Shown here piece after piece: positions 15,374 through 22,919 of a stretch of 45,514 bases of DNA. Source of the DNA: a virus; IMG/VR virus record IMGVR_UViG_3300003375_000003, positions 1 to 45,514 of that record; one strand, given 5' to 3'. Position numbers and translations under genes: made by a program. The first letter of the stretch is position 1, and the number at the start of each line of letters is the position of its first letter. The notes beneath the pieces were generated by a model that was given only the letters and a program-made list of their open reading frames with translations, had not been told where the DNA came from and made no database searches.

Positions 15374-15664
15374 TTAAGCGTTTTTTGGTACTGGCGTTGA
15401 ATTGGCTAGCCCGTCAGTCATTTGTTTAATTTGGTCTGAATGGTTGTCCATCAACTTTTGCATTTGCGTGTCGTTCTTGGCATCTGATGACGCTTTGATA
15501 AGTGCCATTACGCATGTAGAGAACGCCCCGCCAATACATGCCTCAATTGCTGTTGTGGTGGCATCCCCGCCCACTCCCTTTACGCAAAACATTACCATAA
15601 GGGCTAAGAGGCATGCCGCCGATAATATAAAAGATGCCCATTGTTGGAAAGTACCTTGTTTCAT
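15374..15664 (-). CDS. putative holin (two TM helices)
   Basis: 96 aa with TM1 WASFILSAACLLALMVMFCV, TM2 AIEACIGGAFSTCVMALI and a polar C-terminal tail. Located in the lysis cassette. Confidence 0.55.
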   Translation of the reverse strand: MKQGTFQQWASFILSAACLLALMVMFCVKGVGGDATTTAIEACIGGAFSTCVMALIKASSDAKNDTQMQKLMDNHSDQIKQMTDGLANSTPVPKNA

Positions 15665-15724
15665 ATTGTTGATTTAAGAGTTAATTACTTTACTTTGATG
15701 TTATGGTTATACTCAGCCCGTTCC

Positions 15725-15946
15725 TTATTTGCCTGCGCCTGTGTCGCATCCGTTTAAAATGTTCTCAAGGTGCGTAACCCTACTTTCGGTCGACCTGCGC
15801 CATTCCTGCCAGTTACCCAAATCAGCACCCAGGAATATGCATGGAACAAGCCCTATAATCAGGATCACAATTATTTTCCTATTTTCTGTTTTGGAATTTG
15901 GCTTTGTAATAATCGCTGCCAATTGTTCTAAATCTTCGTTACTCAT
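15725..15946 (-). CDS. single-TM lysis-associated membrane protein (antiholin or i-spanin-like candidate)
   Basis: 73 aa with a central TM IIVILIIGLVPCIFLG followed by a charged helix WQEWRRSTESRVTHLENIL. Confidence 0.45.
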   Translation of the reverse strand: MSNEDLEQLAAIITKPNSKTENRKIIVILIIGLVPCIFLGADLGNWQEWRRSTESRVTHLENILNGCDTGAGK

Positions 15947-15958
15947 TATTAAAGGTTT

Positions 15959-16204
15959 TTAGTGTTTAATGCCTATTTGTACAAAATCTGTTTCTGATAA
16001 TTGAACTAACTTAAAGCTATCGGGCTGTATCGCTCTTGCACTATCAATCTGCCTTTTAAACTGACTTGCATTATTAGCGAAAGAATCAACCACGTAATAA
16101 CCATATTTTGTTTGCACACTATTCCAATAACTATCATTACTAATATTAGATACACGACCTAACATTAACAAATGAAACCAATAAGGAATTACATAATACC
16201 ACAT
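15959..16204 (-). CDS. hypothetical protein (81 aa)
   Basis: ORF with a TAATG 1-nt overlap to the upstream fibre-cluster gene. Confidence 0.45.
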   Translation of the reverse strand: MWYYVIPYWFHLLMLGRVSNISNDSYWNSVQTKYGYYVVDSFANNASQFKRQIDSARAIQPDSFKLVQLSETDFVQIGIKH

Positions 16205-17055
16205 TATCTTGGTTTACTTAATTTTAAATTACGATTAGATTCTGCATTATATAAAGAAGTAATCATTGCTGTAGTTAATGCGCCGCTTGAAATCCAAGCG
16301 CAAGCAAAATTATCAGCCGTAAAAAATCCAACCGTACCAGCAACATTCCAAGCACCTATTGTTATTGATTGATTTACCGAAGCAACAAACGATTGCGCAC
16401 CTGTTATTTTTTGAACACCATTTAATGAAAATGTTTGACCGCCGCTAATTCTTTGTATATGCCAATATCCTTTTCTACTTGAATTTGAAAATGATACTTG
16501 AGCATTTGAATTTGAACCACCAAAAGCGTTATTACCGCTTACCCAAGCTTGAATATTAACGCCGTTAGTTCCTGCGTTACTTGTTGCATTTCCACCGTTT
16601 ACGTTAAAAGATGTTGTTCCAACTTCGCGTATAACTAAACCCATTCCTAAATTAACTATTGATTTAGTTGAAGGATTGAAATTTGTATTAACATAACTAC
16701 TTGTGCCATTTGTTGTAACACCGCTATCGCTATTTGTTGGACTACCTACAAAAGATAAAGTAGTTACACTTGGATGAAGAAAATCATATTTTTGTGAAGT
16801 TGCCGTGTTACCATCAAAATGCCAAATAGCACCATTTGTAAAACTATCTGTTATTCTAACAAAAGTTCCATTATTGTCAATTCCATTATTATTTATTTCA
16901 ATATCATATTTCATATCTATTCCAACGTCATTAGCAGTTATAGTATTATTTCCTACACCTACATACGTAGAAATAAATGCCGCCGTATTAGAAGGTAAGT
17001 ATGTTTGTCCTAAACAACAACAAGAAGAAATTAATATTAACAACAATATTCTCAT
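16204..17055 (-). CDS. fibre-cluster protein with an N-terminal Sec signal peptide (lectin/receptor-binding candidate)
   Basis: N-terminus MRILLLILISSCCCLG/Q. The body is Asn/Gly/Thr-rich. Translationally coupled (ATGA overlap) to the 924-aa fibre gene. Confidence 0.6.
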   Translation of the reverse strand: MRILLLILISSCCCLGQTYLPSNTAAFISTYVGVGNNTITANDVGIDMKYDIEINNNGIDNNGTFVRITDSFTNGAIWHFDGNTATSQKYDFLHPSVTTLSFVGSPTNSDSGVTTNGTSSYVNTNFNPSTKSIVNLGMGLVIREVGTTSFNVNGGNATSNAGTNGVNIQAWVSGNNAFGGSNSNAQVSFSNSSRKGYWHIQRISGGQTFSLNGVQKITGAQSFVASVNQSITIGAWNVAGTVGFFTADNFACAWISSGALTTAMITSLYNAESNRNLKLSKPR

Positions 17056-19826
17056 GGCGGTGTTATATAATTTGAACCAAAATCAATAATTGATTTACCT
17101 AACCAATCCGCGTAATACATTTGAAGTATCAAAGCAGGCGTAGCTACCGTATTGCCGCAAAATGGTTGACGACCCGCATTGTATGCAATTGCAAAATTTG
17201 CTCCTTTTAAATAAACCGCCGCAGGTGCATGAACGCTTTGTTGATTGTAAAAATAAATTGTTATCTTATTATTTGCACCACCACCACCTTGAGGTGTGTT
17301 AGTAAACCCTGCAAAAGCAAAAGTATCAAATGCATTTACCGTATCAAGAATAACAACACAACTTTGTCCACTTGTTGCAGTTATCGTATTTGCATGAACC
17401 GCTGTAACAGTATATGAAGTTGGTGAAGAAACAGAAACTGTATAAACATTAGTACCCGTTATTAATGCGATTCCATAACCCGCAACGAGTGTTGTAGTTG
17501 CCCCGCCACCGCCGGCCGCTGTCCACGTGTAACCATTTGCACCGCTATTAACCGCCAATACCTGATTAGCTGTACCAATTGGAACCTGCGTTAGTTTCCC
17601 GTCCGTAGTGCTACCGTAGAAAAGCCCGTATTGCGAAGTCATGCCTTTGAAAAATGTATTACCCGCGCTATCAATGGTCAGCCTGTTATTAGCTGCTAAA
17701 GTGCCGCCCGTGAATATCATTACAGGTTTGTTATTCGATGTGCCAATAGCCAAAGAATCTGTTGAATACACATAAGCCCCGTCTGCCCCGTTGATAGTCC
17801 ATGTTCCCGCTGCTGAAAAGCCACTACCATTCATACCTATATCAACGTAATGGGTTGTTTCTGTTCCATTATCAGCGGTTACAACATAATCACCGCTTGC
17901 GCCTGTCCCATTGCTTTGGTTGCGTAAGTTCACTTGCAGATAGTTGTTTTTAGTCCCTTCATTGTCCTCGAGGCAATTAACTAAACCCGTCATAGCCGAA
18001 ACACCATTTGCGAGTATCATAACGCTATCTGATGCTATCGGGCTACTAACCGTAGGATGGGTAGATAAAACCGCTGTTGATCCGCTGCCCGTTGTCGTTG
18101 CTGCGCTTATAGATGTTCCGTTACCTGCAAGAATAGGGCTGTTAATTGTAGTTGATAATGTAAATGCGGGTGTAGTTGTTGATGTGGCTACCGTTCCCGC
18201 AAAGCCATTGGCAGATACTACCGATGCGCTTGTTACTGTGCCCGTTCCTTTGGTATTTATTGCCGTGGTTAGCCGGGCCTTAGCCGTGTCAACATCAAAC
18301 TTTGTAGGAATCAATGACGGGGTATCTGAGTAGTTTATTTTAGCAAGTAAATCTGTTTTAGTCGCTAAATGTCCCGCTGATGTGTCGGGAGTGAGTGTTC
18401 CTGTTGTTGTGATTGTCCCGCCCAAAAGGTTTGTTCCGGCTGCGACTGAGGTAACGCTACCGCTACCCTTATTATTAAATGTCTGAAAATCCGTACTGTC
18501 AATGTATCCCGCAACGTGAATAGTCGCCTTTGGCATCGCTACGCTGCCCGTTGTTGTTATCGCGCCGCCTGTTAATGGGTAGGTAGTGCCGACAGATGTA
18601 ACTGTTCCAGTAGTAGGAGCAGGATAAACATTAGCCTGTGAAACCTTGCCTTTAAAAGTATCTGCCGTAGCATTATGACCCGCTGCGCTTATATCTGCCT
18701 GAAAGGTAGTTTTCTTAGTAAATGTATCGTTGCCGGTGAACTTAAAATTAGATGCCTGATTTAGAGAAATGTCTACAACTGCGCCGACTCCACCTGCTGG
18801 ATTTAAAACAATCGTCCCGTCGAGGTCTGATAATGAACCTACAACCGTTGGCGGGGTGTACCAACCAAATACACCACCAATAGAACCTAAGTATTTACCT
18901 GCCTGAGAAGTTGGATTGACTGTCGAATATGGAACGTAACCGCCTGCAATTAAACTATCTTTCTTATGAACCACTAAGGCTATACTGTCGGCTAATCTGT
19001 TGCTTAATGAAATAGTGTCCGATGGGTGGAGATAAGTGCCGATTGGTTGATAGGTAGCGTTTATCCTGTTACGAAATGTGTCAATATCAAATTTAGTAGG
19101 GATTAAATTGGGCGTATCAACATAGCGCATATATCCAACTAAAGAAGGAATAGATGAAGTTATACGAACTTTTGCCGTATCAACATCGTATCTTGAATAT
19201 ATTTTACTAGGCGTATCACTATAAGGAATGAATATTGTTGAATTAAATGCATTTGAACCTAAAGTATTCCATAATTGATAAAATCCCCAATATGGCATAA
19301 ACTTACCATTTGCACTTGAATCATTTGTTAATGCATAGTTTCCTATTGGTTGATATAAACTATTTGAGTAATTACGCTGCGCTACCGTGTCAAGTGCAAA
19401 TAACCATGTAGGTAAATAGTGAAGTAATGAATCTTTTTGTCGGGTAACTGTGACGTATATTGAACTATCTGCGCCCGATATACTCGCTCTGATTGCCGCG
19501 CAACTATCATTTAATGTTGTTTGAGATACGCCACCGATTGAAGCCGCCGAAATACTATCAACATAGCGTTTGCTTGTCAAAGTTTGCTTACCATATCCGT
19601 CATTATACATAACGGTTTTAGTAAGTGCAGAATCAAACCATATCATTCCCGTACTGTCGGAACCTACAAAATCAGAGAACTTACGCGGCATCTGAAAGAA
19701 GGTATTAACCTTAATCCCACCGTAGTAATTTGATAAAGTAGTTGCGCTATGCCCATCAGGATAAGTATTACTTTGCCCGTAAGACAGCCCCGAAATAAAA
19801 AGCAGGAATATTGATAGGTTTTTCAT
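17052..19826 (-). CDS. large tail-fibre-like protein (924 aa) with an N-terminal Sec signal peptide
   Basis: N-terminus MKNLSIFLLFISGLSYG/Q. Internal repeats YSDTPS(K/L)I..(K/R)(Y/F)DVDTAK.R, YQPIG(N/T)Y and GTVTSV...GG.ITTTG, plus a poly-Gly AAGGGGATT stretch. It occupies the canonical fibre position. Confidence 0.7.
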   Translation of the reverse strand: MKNLSIFLLFISGLSYGQSNTYPDGHSATTLSNYYGGIKVNTFFQMPRKFSDFVGSDSTGMIWFDSALTKTVMYNDGYGKQTLTSKRYVDSISAASIGGVSQTTLNDSCAAIRASISGADSSIYVTVTRQKDSLLHYLPTWLFALDTVAQRNYSNSLYQPIGNYALTNDSSANGKFMPYWGFYQLWNTLGSNAFNSTIFIPYSDTPSKIYSRYDVDTAKVRITSSIPSLVGYMRYVDTPNLIPTKFDIDTFRNRINATYQPIGTYLHPSDTISLSNRLADSIALVVHKKDSLIAGGYVPYSTVNPTSQAGKYLGSIGGVFGWYTPPTVVGSLSDLDGTIVLNPAGGVGAVVDISLNQASNFKFTGNDTFTKKTTFQADISAAGHNATADTFKGKVSQANVYPAPTTGTVTSVGTTYPLTGGAITTTGSVAMPKATIHVAGYIDSTDFQTFNNKGSGSVTSVAAGTNLLGGTITTTGTLTPDTSAGHLATKTDLLAKINYSDTPSLIPTKFDVDTAKARLTTAINTKGTGTVTSASVVSANGFAGTVATSTTTPAFTLSTTINSPILAGNGTSISAATTTGSGSTAVLSTHPTVSSPIASDSVMILANGVSAMTGLVNCLEDNEGTKNNYLQVNLRNQSNGTGASGDYVVTADNGTETTHYVDIGMNGSGFSAAGTWTINGADGAYVYSTDSLAIGTSNNKPVMIFTGGTLAANNRLTIDSAGNTFFKGMTSQYGLFYGSTTDGKLTQVPIGTANQVLAVNSGANGYTWTAAGGGGATTTLVAGYGIALITGTNVYTVSVSSPTSYTVTAVHANTITATSGQSCVVILDTVNAFDTFAFAGFTNTPQGGGGANNKITIYFYNQQSVHAPAAVYLKGANFAIAYNAGRQPFCGNTVATPALILQMYYADWLGKSIIDFGSNYITPP

Positions 19827-21292
19827 TAATGGTCAAATTTTATTGTAGCTCCTGCGTCGTATGTTGCTGATACGCTGACGATAGTTGTTATGCTTATCAG
19901 GCTAGACGCTTTTACCCTTATTGGCTGCATACGTCCGTTACCGTAACCTGTAGTCGATGCAGATATAATTTGAATTGTCTGAGTGGTGCTATTCTCATCC
20001 GTAAATACCACATTTATAGACACATTGCCGGCTACTGCAGTAGGATTTAAATAAGCACCTATAATGTAAGTTGCGTTAGCTGCCGGAGTTGTGTATGTTC
20101 GTATCGTCGCGCCAGATGTCAGCCCCATAGTGTCCACCTGAGCCACATTAGATACGGACGGTATATCGCTTGTAAATGCGACTGTTCCGCCCTTTGCGGG
20201 GATATAGACATCAAAAGCGCATCCTAATCCCGTACAACCTACCGTAATCGTATCTGCTGCAAATTTTATATTCTGAGTAATATTTGTTGTTGTCCCTATA
20301 TTTAAATACGTATGCGCTATACCTGTTGATAAAAAATTACTCTGCCACATTTGATTTGATACCCTTTTGAATGACTGAAATTTAGTAGTGTCGATTACAG
20401 ACTGAAAATCCGGTGTAGAACTGTGATTTAAAAAACTGAATATCCCGATTGCGCGACTGCTTATATTCCCTGCTTTTAGTACGGAATCTAGTGGAACGTT
20501 AGAAAGGTCGCCTATTGTCGCTAATGTGTCCCCGTTGTGCGCGGTTGAGGGGAGATAATTTGTATTCGATACCCCTGTCAGCCCTTTATATGCATACAAT
20601 TGGTTGTAGTGATGTGGGTTTGTCGCATCTTCAATACCCACCTCACCTACCCCCGCCGCAACAAACAACGCTACCTTTGCGAATGATCCCGAATAAACAC
20701 CAACCCCATTATAATCTAATGCTCCAAAAGAGCCAACCCCATTAACTGTTAATTTGTCCCTCCCATTTTCAACAGGTATTACACCGCCTGTATCAGGGGT
20801 ACTTAAAGACCAGTTTTTATGAAGCGACCCCGCCGCAATAAATGAGTAATGACTAGATGCATTATCTATCCATCTTATTTGTGAATTTGTGACATTGCTA
20901 GGGAAAATACTTATTCCACCTGCGCCGCCGTAAGACATAGTGAAAAATGAAGGGCTTAAAGCGACATTATATCCCGCGCCACCTAAGTTATCTTGCAGGT
21001 TTATTTGGGCTGTACCTCCCGCTACTTGCGTGGCTATGTTTCCTGCGTTTAATGTGCCTTGTAGACCGGTTGCGCTTCCTATCCTAGCATCAAGAGCCTG
21101 TATGAGAACATTGCAGCTATCAATAGGCGAACCAACTTGAACCGGCCCCACACAATCACACCCTGGCAACTTACTTGTAATAGTTGCGTCCGTAGTGACA
21201 ATGTTAGCCGCCGCCCGTACCGAAATGCCCGATTGCCCGTAAGAATTTATTGATAAAATGAGAAATGCGAAAAGGAGTGATTTTAAGCGCAT
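19826..21292 (-). CDS. tail-fibre/receptor-binding-like protein with an N-terminal Sec signal peptide
   Basis: Preferred start is ATG 21292, giving MRLKSLLFAFLILSINSYG/QSGIS. The track start 21361 adds 23 non-signal residues. First gene of a coupled three-gene fibre cluster. Confidence 0.6.
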   Translation of the reverse strand: MRLKSLLFAFLILSINSYGQSGISVRAAANIVTTDATITSKLPGCDCVGPVQVGSPIDSCNVLIQALDARIGSATGLQGTLNAGNIATQVAGGTAQINLQDNLGGAGYNVALSPSFFTMSYGGAGGISIFPSNVTNSQIRWIDNASSHYSFIAAGSLHKNWSLSTPDTGGVIPVENGRDKLTVNGVGSFGALDYNGVGVYSGSFAKVALFVAAGVGEVGIEDATNPHHYNQLYAYKGLTGVSNTNYLPSTAHNGDTLATIGDLSNVPLDSVLKAGNISSRAIGIFSFLNHSSTPDFQSVIDTTKFQSFKRVSNQMWQSNFLSTGIAHTYLNIGTTTNITQNIKFAADTITVGCTGLGCAFDVYIPAKGGTVAFTSDIPSVSNVAQVDTMGLTSGATIRTYTTPAANATYIIGAYLNPTAVAGNVSINVVFTDENSTTQTIQIISASTTGYGNGRMQPIRVKASSLISITTIVSVSATYDAGATIKFDH

Positions 21293-21328
21293 ATAAATAT
21301 TATTTGGTTGTAAAAATAAGTATAAAAA

Positions 21329-21342
21329 TTTGGCTTGCCTAA
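21329..21342. promoter_or_regulatory. late-region palindromic motif, copy 1 (TTTGGC-TT-GCCTAA)
   Basis: Near-identical to 39325-39338 and accompanied by the same 9-mer ATTTGGTTG (21302-21310). Lies in the divergent intergenic region upstream of the fibre cluster. Confidence 0.4.
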
Positions 21343-21408
21343 TTATTTTTATTAGACGCACCTAATTTTATAAAATACCCTTAACTTTGACATAATTCCT
21401 TATAGAAA

Positions 21409-22431
21409 ATGTCAGCACATCAAAGGATAACTTACTTCCCAAATGCAACCGTAGCTTTTGCGCCTGCTGTGTATACAGGGACAAAGGTTATCAGGCAGGC
21501 AAGCTATAAGGAAACACGGCAAACATGGCAGACTAGCGAGGATGATGAACCGTACAATTATAAGGTGCTGTTTACTGATATGCTGTCTATTCAGGTGCAT
21601 ACGCAGTCACTAACAAGCCCAACGCCAACTTTAGCCATTTACGACCATAATAAAAATGTCATTGTCAGCTTAATGGCTACGCCGTATTGGAAAGGGATTC
21701 AGGATTTCCCCGGCAACACTTATGATATTGGCGGCACTCCCTACGCCTTAGCAACAACACAATGGTCATTTAGGTTTGAAGATTTAGCGGCATACATTAC
21801 CGAGGGCGGTATTTATTATCTTGGATTCACCAACTATTACACAGGACAGCCGGACATACTTTATTTCTCAGAGCCTATATTTTTGGACGATATAACCACA
21901 AGCCCGACGCAACTATATCAATTCAGCTTTAATAGTAATAAATCAGGGAATACGAATATCATTGTACAGAATTGGTTTAATGACTACCCCACTAATACAA
22001 TACCCTACAACCCTTTATTTTCAGTACGCGCCGAGGGGTACACGGTTCCGAGTGATATACAGGCAATCAACATCGGCTATCTACAACAGCAATATAGGCA
22101 ACTACAAATAAAGACCGAGCAGGTAACGCTATTCAAGTTAACGGCGGGTGAAATATCATTAGGCATTCCATTCTATTTATTTCAGGCACTTACTCAGGCT
22201 TTATTGGCTGATAATCTTTGGATAGACGGGACAAACTATATTCTGTTCAACCCGAACGGCAACACCTCATTGCAGGCTATTTGGAAATTGCGCAGCATGG
22301 ACGACATAAAAATGTTATTCTATGCGTCTTGCATCTTAATATTTGTTTCCGAGGCTCAAAACGCGCTGTTAAGCCCACCAAAACGCATTGATAGGATATT
22401 TACGGATTCTTTTACCGATTCGTTTATGTAG
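21409..22431 (+). CDS. hypothetical protein (340 aa), oriented opposite to the late operon
   Basis: Clean ORF on the + strand inside the minus-strand tail module. No motif recognised. Confidence 0.6.
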   Translation: MSAHQRITYFPNATVAFAPAVYTGTKVIRQASYKETRQTWQTSEDDEPYNYKVLFTDMLSIQVHTQSLTSPTPTLAIYDHNKNVIVSLMATPYWKGIQDFPGNTYDIGGTPYALATTQWSFRFEDLAAYITEGGIYYLGFTNYYTGQPDILYFSEPIFLDDITTSPTQLYQFSFNSNKSGNTNIIVQNWFNDYPTNTIPYNPLFSVRAEGYTVPSDIQAINIGYLQQQYRQLQIKTEQVTLFKLTAGEISLGIPFYLFQALTQALLADNLWIDGTNYILFNPNGNTSLQAIWKLRSMDDIKMLFYASCILIFVSEAQNALLSPPKRIDRIFTDSFTDSFM

Positions 22432-22481
22432 TATTAACAATTCATTTTTAAATATGGCATTTGTTTTGCTACATTTGAGGC

Positions 22482-22919
22482 ATGAAACACATGAAAATAT
22501 TACTTATCGCTCTGTTGGTTATCGGATGCAAGAAAAAGGATAGCCCGATACCATCATTACCCAACTACAAAACATTTACCTACGAGCAGGCTTTGGATAG
22601 CATGGGTATAAAGGAAGGGAAAATGTATCTGTGGCTGTCAAATGCGTCAAAAGATACAGTTACTTTCAATTCGGATCAGACGGTTACGGAAAACTCATTT
22701 ACTGTAAAAATAGGATTCGAGGTAAAGGCTTATCAAATAATCACGTCCGCGAATCCTAAAGATTCATCATTGATTTATAGAATTTTCACGGTTGGTGATT
22801 CGGCTTATAAAACACATAACTTTCTTGCTTTTGCGCATGATACTTTGGTGATTCAGCTAACTAGCATAAAAAGCGATACAATAACCGCTTCGGGGCATTC
22901 GCTTTACCCCATTAATTAA
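22482..22919 (+). CDS. phage-encoded lipoprotein (superinfection-exclusion candidate)
   Basis: N-terminus MKHMKILLIALLVIGC/KKKDS, with lipobox LVIGC followed by a Lys-rich stretch. The stop overlaps the convergent 887-aa gene by 4 nt. Confidence 0.7.
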   Translation: MKHMKILLIALLVIGCKKKDSPIPSLPNYKTFTYEQALDSMGIKEGKMYLWLSNASKDTVTFNSDQTVTENSFTVKIGFEVKAYQIITSANPKDSSLIYRIFTVGDSAYKTHNFLAFAHDTLVIQLTSIKSDTITASGHSLYPIN

